Shown here piece after piece: positions 36,464 to 45,194 of a stretch of 64,000 nucleotides of DNA. A program made the position numbers and the translations under genes. This DNA comes from Candidatus Sulfomarinibacteraceae bacterium (lineage in GTDB: Bacteria; Acidobacteriota; Thermoanaerobaculia; Thermoanaerobaculales; Sulfomarinibacteraceae): contig CAVTEP010000001.1 in the NCBI GenBank assembly GCA_963733915.1, positions 671,710-735,709 on the forward strand. Reading direction: 5' to 3'. The notes beneath the pieces are model-generated. The model worked only from the letters and a program-made list of their open reading frames with translations, made no database searches and was not told the DNA's origin. Numbering within the stretch: the stretch's first letter is position 1; each line of letters opens with the position of its first letter.

Positions 36464-37120
36464 TGGCGCGTCTTTGCCGACGCGACGTGTGCCGGTCTTT
36501 CGGTCCTGGTCCCGCTGCCGCTAGTGGACCTGGTCTTCGAGACGATCTTTCGCCGGCGGATTCCGGGCACCATCTCCCGGCTCCACCGCCGTCCGATCGA
36601 GCCGGCGGTGCGGCGAGGACTCGGGCGTTCGCTCTCCGGAACTCTGTCCGTCTCCAGCTGCCTGACGGTTCCGTTCGCGATCGGCCGCTACGTTCTCCGC
36701 CGCGTGTGGCGCAAGATCATCTACGTCTACGCGGTGAAGGATTCGACCACCGCACTCACCGAGTACTGGCACAGGGCGTTTCTGATCGACCACATGGTGC
36801 GCGCCGGGCACCTCGAGGCCGGAGTCGACACCGATCTCGCCGTGCGGACCTTCGAGCGGACCCTGCGCGAATTGGATCCCAGTCCGCTCATGGGTCTTGC
36901 CCGGCTGACGGTGGCCAATGTCGGGCACGTGTTCCGCCTCCTGGTCCGCGCCCGTCGATTGGGAGCCGCCGAGGTGACCCGGTCACTCGGCGAGTTGCTC
37001 GCGTCACACCGGCTCGCCGCGGAGGGCTCGATGCGGGGCGCAGCGAGCCGATACAATGAGCTTTACCTGCTGAGCCTGGAAGCGCGTCACGCCGGCGCAC
37101 CATCGATCCCCGGGACCTGA
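36422..37120 (+). CDS. Hypothetical protein (no family recognised); true start probably downstream of 36422
   Basis: ORF with GC3-rich codon usage from ~36480 onward. The first ~14 codons are simply the AAATCCG-type repeat arm of E15, so the annotated start is doubtful. Confidence 0.45.
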   Translation: MVIPNSDFRNPNFDWRVFADATCAGLSVLVPLPLVDLVFETIFRRRIPGTISRLHRRPIEPAVRRGLGRSLSGTLSVSSCLTVPFAIGRYVLRRVWRKIIYVYAVKDSTTALTEYWHRAFLIDHMVRAGHLEAGVDTDLAVRTFERTLRELDPSPLMGLARLTVANVGHVFRLLVRARRLGAAEVTRSLGELLASHRLAAEGSMRGAASRYNELYLLSLEARHAGAPSIPGT

Positions 37121-37221
37121 CCGCCGCCTTCGAACGGCGTCACGCTCCCGGCGGGCCCGTTGCGAAAGAGTGTTTGAAGGGCCTGGCGTGCGTATCACCA
37201 GGTGTCTACTGCGGTCGCCGC

Positions 37222-38793
37222 TCAACTGGAGGGTGCGGCCGGTTTCCCCGGTTCCGCGTTCTCGAGAGGTCGTACCCGTCGATAGATGCGGAGGATCTCC
37301 AGACCTCCCGGCAGGGCGAATCGACGGACCTTGACGTAGTTTTCTTTAAACCACGGCGTCCTGAATACCCGGTCCATGATGCCCACCCGGTTGTGGTGGA
37401 TTAGGTAGTCGGCGGGATGCTCCAACACCGCCCCGACGCCGTCGCCCGCGACCACCCGATCGAGACTTCCGGGCGACGTCAGGGCGAGGTAGTCGCGGAT
37501 GGGCCGCTTGCTCCAGTAGGCGATCGTGCCCACCTCGACGTAGCCGATCTCGGCATCGGGCTCGGTGTGTTTTTCGAGCCAGATTCCAGCCTTGCTGTAG
37601 AGCAGGTGCCGCAGTGAATACACCTTGGAATGCCCGTAAAAACGCACCGACTGCGGCACGATCGTGGTGGCGACCGGATACAGGAGTGCGGCGGTCACGA
37701 ACAGGGTCGTGGCCGCCCGCAGCGATGCGTTGCCGATCTTGAGGCCGGCGAACCTGCCGATACCGACCGCCAGAAACACCACGCCATAGAGGATCACGAT
37801 CACCACCGGAATGACGTACCACGAGTAGTAGGCCACACCAAGCAACGGGTACGAAATGAGCAGACCGATGCCGTAGAAGACGAGGAGCCGGAGGGGCCGA
37901 CTCTCGACTCTGAGGGTGAGAATCAGACCCGCAAACCCGGCGGCGACCAGCGGTGTGGTGATCGGTTCGGCGTAAAACGTGCCGAAGTGCGCCTTTGCCA
38001 CGACCCAGAAGTCGAGACCGCTGCTCCAGGCCCTGAAGGCGGACTCGGCCTGCGCCTGTTTTGCCGCCAGGGTTACCGGCAGGATGCTCCCAAACCACCA
38101 CCAGGCCGTCGCCGCGCCCGTACCGACCACCGCCCCGGCTGACACTCCGAATCGCCACGGGAGCCGTTTCTTCTCGATCCAGACGAGTGCGGCAAGGATC
38201 GCGATCGCCAATAGACTCTCCGGGCGGAACCAGACCGCCATTCCGGCGCAGAATCCCGCTGTGAGCGGCCACCTGACGACAATCAGCGCGGCAAGGGCGA
38301 GCAATGACAGTGCGACAGGAATCTCGCTGCCGTGAAACAGCCACAGATAGCTGCAGCAGATCATCCAGGTGCCGCCCAACGCCGCTTCGATCGTCCGGCC
38401 TCGGCGATGGCAGTCGAAGAGCAGAATCAACGCCAGCAGGACCAGCGCGACACCGGTGGTCGCGGTTCCGAGAACGTGAATCGGCACCCGCGTAACGATG
38501 TGCAGCAGGGCCAGCAGCAAGCCGTGGCCGGCGGCCGTGGTCGCAAACAAACGCTCTCCGGGGTTGAACACGAAGCCGTTGCCGAGGGTCAGGTTCTGCG
38601 CGTATCTGTAGGTAATGAAGATGTCGTCGATGCTGCGGCCGTCAAGTCTCAGGACGAGGACGGTCGCGACCGTGGCCCATGCGGCGACCACCAGCGCAAA
38701 CAACGCCACCGTCCATCCGTTGGAGGCGAACGATGATTGACGAGACTCTTCTACTTCTGCGCTGTCGCCGCCGGTGTCGGTTTCTGTGCTCAT
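37222..38793 (-). CDS. Polytopic membrane protein, probable GT-C fold glycosyltransferase (ArnT/PMT-like)
   Basis: 523 aa with more than 10 TM segments. N-terminal loop DDIFITYRYAQNLTLGNGFVFNPGE and a soluble C-terminal domain. Family assignment rests on architecture only. Confidence 0.5.
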   Translation of the reverse strand: MSTETDTGGDSAEVEESRQSSFASNGWTVALFALVVAAWATVATVLVLRLDGRSIDDIFITYRYAQNLTLGNGFVFNPGERLFATTAAGHGLLLALLHIVTRVPIHVLGTATTGVALVLLALILLFDCHRRGRTIEAALGGTWMICCSYLWLFHGSEIPVALSLLALAALIVVRWPLTAGFCAGMAVWFRPESLLAIAILAALVWIEKKRLPWRFGVSAGAVVGTGAATAWWWFGSILPVTLAAKQAQAESAFRAWSSGLDFWVVAKAHFGTFYAEPITTPLVAAGFAGLILTLRVESRPLRLLVFYGIGLLISYPLLGVAYYSWYVIPVVIVILYGVVFLAVGIGRFAGLKIGNASLRAATTLFVTAALLYPVATTIVPQSVRFYGHSKVYSLRHLLYSKAGIWLEKHTEPDAEIGYVEVGTIAYWSKRPIRDYLALTSPGSLDRVVAGDGVGAVLEHPADYLIHHNRVGIMDRVFRTPWFKENYVKVRRFALPGGLEILRIYRRVRPLENAEPGKPAAPSS

Positions 38794-38921
38794 CAGGGTG
38801 AGGCCTCCGCTCGTTCGATTGCGTGGGAGCTGTCGGAACTGTGACGGTGTTCATGCGGGTCATTCACCCACAATCCCTTTCCGTTTTGGGAATCCTGTCG
38901 AGCGTGATGGTATAAGGACTC

Positions 38922-40629
38922 ATGCTTCGCCGGAGAGGGAATTCGTGCGGTCCGATCCTACCATGGCTGCTCGGTCTGGTTCTGGTCGGGTGCGGGCCGC
39001 CGAGCGGAGACGACCCGGGGATGGCAACGCGACCGGCGCCGAATATCGTGCTTGTGGTTGTCGACACCGTGCGCTCGGATCATCTGAGTTGTTACGGCTA
39101 TCAGCGACCCACCAGTCCCAACCTCGATCAGCTGGCGTCGCAGAGCCTCGTGTTCGTGAATTCCTTTGCCACTTCGACCTGGACGCTGCCTTCCGTGGCG
39201 ACCCTCCTGACCGGCCTGCTCCCCGATCAGCACGGACTGAAGACGACCGATGACAGGCTGTCGGAAGAGATTGAGACGGTTGCCGAGCGCCTGCAGGATG
39301 CCGGCTATCAAACGGCGGCGTTCACCGACGGTGGCTTCCTCGATCCACTCTGGGGCTTCGCACAGGGATTCAATCGTTACGACAGCACCGCCGGAGAAGC
39401 CTGGGACCCGAAAGACGTGTCGGTTATCGAGGCGCAGGCTTCCGCGTGGTTGCGCGAAAACCGCCTCGAGCCGTTCTTTCTGCTCGTCCACACCTACGAA
39501 GCCCACCAACCGTACCGCTTTCAACCCGGGTTCTCCGAGAGGTTTCTGGGCAACGAAGAAATAGAAACCGAGTCCGAGGAGATCCTCGCCTGGGACCTCT
39601 ATCGCAATCGCGGCGACAACGACTTTCTACGCAGGGGCGTGGCGCTCTACGACGGAGAGATCGCCAGGGCCGATCACTACATCGGACGATTGATCCAGAC
39701 CCTTCGCGAGACCGGCGGCTTCGACGACACGGCGATCATCGTGACCTCGGATCACGGCGAGGAGTTCCTCGAGCACGGAGGGGTCGAGCACGGGACTGGC
39801 AAGGTGTTCGACGAAAACATCCGGGTTCCATTGATCGTCAAGCTCCCGGGTGTCACCGAGGGGATGCGGATCGAGACCCCTGTGTCTGGCGTCGACCTTG
39901 CCCCCACGGTTCTCGGCATCGCCGGCCTCGATGTTCCGAGAAGTTTCGCCGGTCACTCCGTGCTGGCACGAGCAGTTTCCGAGGTCCCGAATCGACGGGT
40001 GTTCGCGCACGGGCTGAACTCGTTCCCGGAGATCGACGAGGAGCGTTATCGGCTCGACGCCGATCGATGGTCGCTGGTCTTCGATGCGGTCCAGGACCAG
40101 GTATCGGTCTTTCGACCTCGAGAGCGACGCCCAGATGCGGACGGCACTGCCATCGATGGCTCCCTTTGGCGATGAGGATCTGATCGCCCACCTCCAGTAC
40201 ATTCTCGCCTGGTGCTCCGGCCAGACGCGTCACGTTATGCGTCTGCCCGCCGGGTCGACCGAGCTGTTGTTGCCTCGTCATTCGTCGGTGAGGTCGGCGG
40301 TGCTGTGGGAGGGTTTGAAGAGCAAGTCCCTCGAGGTTGGGGTGAAACGACGGTTGTCGCCAGAGTTCACATATACCCTCGCATTCGATCTCGAGCCATC
40401 TGCTGATGCTCTGCGATTCAGACTTGCGCGCGCGGCGTCGCCACGCCGGGAGTCCCTCAGAGTCCGAATCGCAGCCGCGTCGCAACCCACCGCCGATCCG
40501 CTGCCCGTTCATGGACCCCTCCCGCCACCGCTGGTCATCCTGATGGCAAGTCGGATTTACCAGCCCCTAGAGGTTCAGATCGATTCCGAGGCGGCAGAGG
40601 AGTTGCGGGCACTCGGATACCTGCAGTAG
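38922..40629 (+). pseudogene. Sulfatase-like (alkaline phosphatase superfamily) lipoprotein, interrupted by one +1 shift as sequenced
   Basis: ORFs 38922..40175 and 40084..40629 join at ~40110 (gtctTtcgacctcgag; removing one T gives VSVFDLESDAQ). Motifs: lipobox LVLVGCG, VVVDTVRSDHLSCYGY and SDHGEEFLEHG. The nucleophile motif reads STWTLPSVATLLTG (Thr in place of Cys/Ser, Val in place of Arg). The C-terminal EELRALGYLQ* is a typical family ending. Confidence 0.75.
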
Positions 40630-40750
40630 GTAGGGGAGAATCGCCCGTCCAGATCGCGGCCAAGGCGCAGACCTCAACACTTCGATCCAATTGACGATCA
40701 CCTGTCCGCTGTTATCATTGGCCGGTGACGACAAATCCAGGGAGAGGGCG

Positions 40751-41623
40751 ATGGCGAAACCCGGTGCGAGCTTCGCGGTTTCGATCACGGTTGTGCTTGT
40801 TTGCGGGATGATGGCTTGCAACATGGAACCGGCGGCGGTGGACGGTTCTGCAGATATGACCGCGAGTCTGCCGCAGGAGGCTGGTGGGTGGTTGGCGGTC
40901 GATGACGGCGAGGTCTACGACTCCGAGTCGATCTTCAGCTACATCGACGGGCACGCCGAGGTCTATCTGGCCTACGGCATGACGCGCTGTCTGGCACGCC
41001 GTTACGCTGGACCCGCCGGTGAGCCCGACATCGTGCTCGACCTCTACGAGCTGGCGTCGCCGGCCGACGCCTTTGGCGTCTTCACCCATGACCGCGACGG
41101 CGACGAGGTGGATATCGGCCAGGGTGGGTTGTTCCGCCACGGCTGGCTCTCGTTCTGGAAGGGCCATTGGTTCGGGTCGGTCTATGCCGAGGGGGAAAGC
41201 GAGGCCTCGGCAGATGCGGTGCTGGTCATAGGTCGCGCGGCGGCAGCCGCGATTGCCGAGGTCGGAGAGATTCCTGCCCTGGTGGCCGAATTGCCGACCG
41301 CCGGTCTCGACCACCGCTCGGTGCGATTCTTCCACACCCAGGAGATCTTCAACGGGGTGATCTACCTGGGTTACGACAACCCGCTCCTCTTGGGGTCCGA
41401 TGTGGACGCCGTCATCGGCCGGTACGAGCTGCCGGAGGGCCGCGCTTGGCTGCTCCTGGCCGACTACCCCGACGAGGCGGCGGCGGGCCGGGCCGAATCT
41501 GGGGCGACCGAAGCCGGGCTGGCGGTGCGCCGGCGCGGCTCGCGGTTGGCGGCGGTGCTGGCGCCGGAGCCGGCGGCGGTCGCTGATTCCCTGCTCGGCG
41601 TTGGGATTGGAGATGAATCATGA
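40751..41623 (+). CDS. Hypothetical lipoprotein (conserved unknown), translationally coupled to the DUF362 gene
   Basis: ORF track 40691..41623. The ATG at 40751 follows GGAGAG. Lipobox VCGMMAC. The stop overlaps the next start (ATGA at 41620-41623). Confidence 0.55.
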   Translation: MAKPGASFAVSITVVLVCGMMACNMEPAAVDGSADMTASLPQEAGGWLAVDDGEVYDSESIFSYIDGHAEVYLAYGMTRCLARRYAGPAGEPDIVLDLYELASPADAFGVFTHDRDGDEVDIGQGGLFRHGWLSFWKGHWFGSVYAEGESEASADAVLVIGRAAAAAIAEVGEIPALVAELPTAGLDHRSVRFFHTQEIFNGVIYLGYDNPLLLGSDVDAVIGRYELPEGRAWLLLADYPDEAAAGRAESGATEAGLAVRRRGSRLAAVLAPEPAAVADSLLGVGIGDES

Positions 41624-42513
41624 GCGGAGCGAAGCTGAATCGACGGGATTTCCTGGCCCTTGGTTCGGGGGCGGTCACCGCGGGTCTGGTGGGCGTTGAA
41701 ACGGGACACACGGACCAGGCGCCATCGCAGCCGCAGAGCCGGGTGGTGCTCGTCCGGGACCCGAAAGTCCTCGACGGGGACGGGAAGGCCGATCCGAAGA
41801 TCCTCCACCGCCTGCTCAACGAGGGTGTGGCGGAACTGTTCGGAACGAAGGATGCGGCTGCTGCGTGGCGGGATCTGGTCTCACCGTCGGACGTGGTCGG
41901 CATCAAGAGCAACGTCTGGCGCTATCTGCCGACGCCGCCCGCGCTCGAGGAGGCGATTCGATTCGAGGTTGAGCGGGCCGGCGTTCCGCCGGCGGACATC
42001 GCAGTCGACGATCGCGGCGTGCTTTCAAACCCGGTCTTCCAGCGTGCCACCGCGATCATCAACACGCGACCCATGCGGACTCACCACTGGTCGGGGCTCG
42101 GGACCTCGATCAAGAACCTCATCATGTTCGTGCCGCGGCCGCAGGACTACCACGGCGATGCCTGCTCGCCGCTCGGCGCCATCTGGAATTTGCCGGAGCT
42201 CGAGGGCAAGGTGCGGCTTAACGTGCTCGTCATGCTGACGCCGCAGTTCCACAGCGTCGGTGCGCACAGCTTTTCGCGCGAGTTTGTGTGGAACTACGGG
42301 GGCCTGATTATCGGTGTCGATCCGGTGGCGGTGGACGCGACCGGCGCCCGAATCATCGAGGCCAAGCGAAAGCTCTACTTTGGCGACGGTCGGCCGATCT
42401 CACCGCCGCCGCACCACATCGAGGTCGCCGGCGAGCGTTACGGGCTCGGCGTCAGTGACCCGGCGCGCATCGACCTGGTTCGCCTCGGCTGGCAGGAGAA
42501 CGCACTCATCTGA
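41620..42513 (+). CDS. DUF362 domain protein with twin-arginine signal
   Basis: TAT motif NRRDFLALGSGAV. The body (VVLVRDPKVLDGDGK...VVGIKSNVW...INTRPMRTHHWSGLG...GADPVAVDATGARII) resembles DUF362. Confidence 0.65.
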   Translation: MSGAKLNRRDFLALGSGAVTAGLVGVETGHTDQAPSQPQSRVVLVRDPKVLDGDGKADPKILHRLLNEGVAELFGTKDAAAAWRDLVSPSDVVGIKSNVWRYLPTPPALEEAIRFEVERAGVPPADIAVDDRGVLSNPVFQRATAIINTRPMRTHHWSGLGTSIKNLIMFVPRPQDYHGDACSPLGAIWNLPELEGKVRLNVLVMLTPQFHSVGAHSFSREFVWNYGGLIIGVDPVAVDATGARIIEAKRKLYFGDGRPISPPPHHIEVAGERYGLGVSDPARIDLVRLGWQENALI

Positions 42514-42563
42514 CAACGTTCAAACGTTCAAACGTTCAAACGTTAAGACGTTATAACGTTAAA
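42514..42563. repeat. E16: tandem AACGTT-unit array (6 hexamers), direct-repeat form
   Basis: caacgttcaaacgttcaaacgttcaaacgttaagacgttataacgttaaa. It starts 1 nt after the DUF362 gene stop. Confidence 0.8.
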
Positions 42564-42591
42564 TATTGTGCTGCTGGCTCGGCTATGATTC

Positions 42592-44118
42592 GTGGCGTTC
42601 ATCGAGGAGGTCGCGTTGCCGGAGCCTGGTCTCAAGATTCTGATGGTCACCAGCGAGGTGGTCCCTTTCGCCAAGGCCGGCGGCCTCGGCGACATGGTGG
42701 CGGCGCTGTCCTCGGAGCTCCGTCGTCAGGGGCACGACGTACGGGTGGTTCTGCCGCGCTACTACTCGATCGATGTCGGGAGGCTGCAACGAACGGGCGG
42801 TCCGCTCGGTGTGCCGCTCGGTGTCGAGGAGGAGTGGTGCGCGGTTTATCAGAGCCGGCTGTCGGACGCCGATGTGCCGGTCTACTTTCTCGGCCACGAC
42901 GAACTCTACGGCCGCGATGGGATCTATGGGACCAAGACCGAGCCCAGCTTCGCCGACAACCTTCGGCGCTTCGCTTTGCTCAGCCGCGGCGCATTCCAGC
43001 TCTGCCGGGCGCTCGGCTGGATTCCCGACGTGATGCACGCCCACGACTGGCCCGCGGCAGTCGTCCCGGTCTGCCTCTACGGGCGGGAGCACGAGGGGGA
43101 GTTCGCCGGAACCGGCTCGGTGCTCACTATCCACAACCTCGGCCACCAGGGGATCTTCCCACGCGAAGAATTCGTGCACCTGCCGTTGGCGCCCGAGCTC
43201 TACTCGAGTGCGGGTTTCGAGTCCAGGAGCGGCATCAACCTCCTCCAGGCCGGAATCCAAAACGCCGACATCCTGACCACTGTGTCGCCCACCTACGCGG
43301 CGGAGATCCAGACAGCGGAGTTCGGCTGCGGGCTCGACGGGCTGCTCCGCCGGCGGCGAACCGATCTGTCCGGAGTGCTCAACGGCATGGACTACGAGAT
43401 CTGGAACCCGGAGACCGACCTCGAGATCCCGGCCAACTTTTCAGACGAGAAGCTCGATGGCAAGGCGGTCAACAAGGCGGCGTTGCAGGAAGCGATGGGC
43501 CTCGAGAAGAACCGCAAGGTGCCGGTGGTCGCGATGATCAGCCGGCTGGTGGATCAGAAGGGCTTCGGCGCGCTCTGCGGCCCGACCCACGGAAGCCTGT
43601 ACTCGATCTGCGATGAGCTCGACCTCCAGTTCGTCATCCTCGGCTCCGGCGATGCGTGGTGCGAGGAAGAGCTTACAACCCTCGCCGCCAAGCTGCCCAA
43701 CCTCGCGGTCGCGCTCGAGTTCAACGATCCTCTCGCCCACCTCATCACCGCGGGTGCCGACTTCTTTCTGATGCCGAGCGCCTACGAGCCGTGCGGGTTG
43801 AGTCAGATGTACGCGTTGCGATACGGCACTCTACCCATCGTTCGCCATACCGGCGGACTTGCCGATACAGTCGAGAACTTCGACGAGAAGACCGGCGAGG
43901 GCACCGGATTCGTTTTCCAAGACCTCACCCCAAAGGCCATCGCCAACACGGTCGGGTGGGCGGTGTGGGCCTGGTACAACCGGCCCAAAGACATCACCGC
44001 GATGCGCCGGCGGGCCATGCGGCGGCGCTATTCGTGGCAGGCCTCGGCGGCGCGATACGGAGAGCTCTACGAGGAATCCCTCGACCGCCGTTTCGGCCGC
44101 ACGCCGCGCACCTGGTGA
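42592..44118 (+). CDS. glgA: Glycogen synthase (ADP-glucose type)
   Basis: KILMVTSEVVPFAKAGGLGDMVAALSSEL, HAHDWPAA and PSAYEPCGLSQMYALRYGTLPIVRHTGGLADTV. An alternative TTG start at 42616 is preceded by GAGGAGG. Confidence 0.93.
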   Translation: MAFIEEVALPEPGLKILMVTSEVVPFAKAGGLGDMVAALSSELRRQGHDVRVVLPRYYSIDVGRLQRTGGPLGVPLGVEEEWCAVYQSRLSDADVPVYFLGHDELYGRDGIYGTKTEPSFADNLRRFALLSRGAFQLCRALGWIPDVMHAHDWPAAVVPVCLYGREHEGEFAGTGSVLTIHNLGHQGIFPREEFVHLPLAPELYSSAGFESRSGINLLQAGIQNADILTTVSPTYAAEIQTAEFGCGLDGLLRRRRTDLSGVLNGMDYEIWNPETDLEIPANFSDEKLDGKAVNKAALQEAMGLEKNRKVPVVAMISRLVDQKGFGALCGPTHGSLYSICDELDLQFVILGSGDAWCEEELTTLAAKLPNLAVALEFNDPLAHLITAGADFFLMPSAYEPCGLSQMYALRYGTLPIVRHTGGLADTVENFDEKTGEGTGFVFQDLTPKAIANTVGWAVWAWYNRPKDITAMRRRAMRRRYSWQASAARYGELYEESLDRRFGRTPRTW

Positions 44119-44121
44119 GCC

Positions 44122-44243
44122 CCATCCACCCACCCTTCCGCGAAAAGGAGAAAAGGAGAAAAGGAGAAAAGGAGAGGGGGAGAGGGAGCAGAGGCTGGGA
44201 AAGGGGAGGGTGGGTGGTCTCCTCTTCGCCTTTTCCCCTTTTC
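44122..44243. repeat. E17: element with interleaved order: C clamp, (GAAAAGGA)x4 arm, G clamp, complementary ccttttcc arm
   Basis: ccatccacccaccc (44122-44135). gaaaaggagaaaaggagaaaaggagaaaaggaga (44142-44175). ggggagggtgggtgg (44203-44217). tctcctcttcgccttttccccttttc (44218-44243). Confidence 0.8.
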
Positions 44244-44294
44244 ATTTATGCGATTCGAACATCCAAATCCAAACGCTTGCGCTACACTCGGCCG

Positions 44295-44789
44295 GTGACA
44301 TCCAAGAGAATCGTGCAGGTTGGGCTTCTGATTGCGGTCATCGTGGTCGTGCTTGCGGTGCGCCATTATTTTTCGCCGGGAGAGGTCGTGAGGCGGCAGC
44401 TCGTTGCCACCATCAACGCATTCGAAGACGAACGGATGCTGGCCGTGATGTCGGCGATCTCCCGCTCCTACTCTGACCCCTGGGGTCTGGATTACGAAAC
44501 CCTGGCCGGTGTTCTGCACGAGCTGATGGATACCTATGACGATCTCCAGGTGGACCTCGTTTTCGACAAGCCCGAGGTTGGGGAGGACGGGGTTCGGATC
44601 GGTTTCCAGTTTGTCCTCTGGGGCAGTGACCAGGGAACTCGGGGCTACATTGTCGGGAGCCTGTCAGCGCCGTGCACTGCGGTTCTCGTGTGGCGCAAGG
44701 AACAGCCCGGTTGGCGGCTGGCGTCGACCGCCGAGCTCGATATCCCCGAGCTTCGCAATGAGCTTGAGGCGATGCGCAATCACCATTAG
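44295..44789 (+). CDS. Hypothetical signal-anchored protein (~164 aa)
   Basis: This is the 3' part of ORF 43656..44789. The upstream part overlaps glgA and repeat E17 and is rejected. The GTG at 44295 gives MTSKRIVQVGLLIAVIVVVLAV (charged n-region plus TM). The stop TAG is at the edge of E18. Confidence 0.5.
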   Translation: MTSKRIVQVGLLIAVIVVVLAVRHYFSPGEVVRRQLVATINAFEDERMLAVMSAISRSYSDPWGLDYETLAGVLHELMDTYDDLQVDLVFDKPEVGEDGVRIGFQFVLWGSDQGTRGYIVGSLSAPCTAVLVWRKEQPGWRLASTAELDIPELRNELEAMRNHH

Positions 44790-45194
44790 AACGTGTGAAC
44801 GTTCAAACGTTAGTACGTTCCACCCGCCCACCCTCAGGAGGCAGAGGGGAAAAGTGGAAAAGGGGAAAAGGGGAAAAGGAGCCATCGCAGATTTCAATTT
44901 CGGATTTTCCGCCCAAATCTCCCCGAAGCTGTGGGACCCGTCCGATAAACCGTCGATCAGGGGCAGCGGCACGAACAGCGACAGCGGCTGGAGACCGCGT
45001 CAGGGGCAGTCCACAGCGACAACATTTTGAAAGACCGATTCGAACTGCACCGGTCGCTGCCGCGGTCGTTGCTCTCTAGCCCCGCCTCTGCGGTCTGTCG
45101 CTGTCCCTGACCGCCGTTGCAACGAATGGCACCAACGACTTTATGGGGGGAGGGTGGCCCCCTTTTCTCCTTTTCCCCTTTTCTCCTTTTCTCC
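44785..45194 (-). repeat. E18: composite element (~410 bp) in inverted orientation relative to E10/E14, with GGAAAAG / CTTTTCC arms flanking the inner module
   Basis: attagaacgtgtgaacgttcaaacgttagtacgtt (44785-44819). ccacccgcccaccc (44820-44833). (ggaaaag)n at 44848-44880. Module ~44960-45115. ggggggagggtgg (45145-45157). cccccttttctccttttccccttttctccttttctcc (45158-45194). Confidence 0.85.
44960..45115 (-). repeat. GC-rich inner module, copy D (reverse orientation)
   Basis: On the + strand: ggggcagcggc..ggctggagaccgcgtcaggggcagtccacagcgac..gctctctagccccgcctctgcggtctgtcgctgtccctgaccgcc. This is the reverse complement of the blocks conserved in copies A-C. Confidence 0.75.

Noticed and set aside
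40084-40629. ORF 40084..40629 as an independent gene
   Set aside because: Its first residues after the junction (FDLESDAQ...) continue the sulfatase-like protein, and its end (EELRALGYLQ) is a family-typical C-terminus. It is better explained as the 3' part of one frameshifted gene.
43656-44294. N-terminal extension of ORF 43656..44789, and similar upstream extensions (46664..46957 for actB, 7193..7273 for MMPL, 59783..60301 for PLD, 22808..22954, 33308..33388, 17911..17946)
   Set aside because: The extensions overlap the preceding gene or run through repeat elements. Internal starts with Shine-Dalgarno sequences or stop/start overlaps give canonical N-termini.
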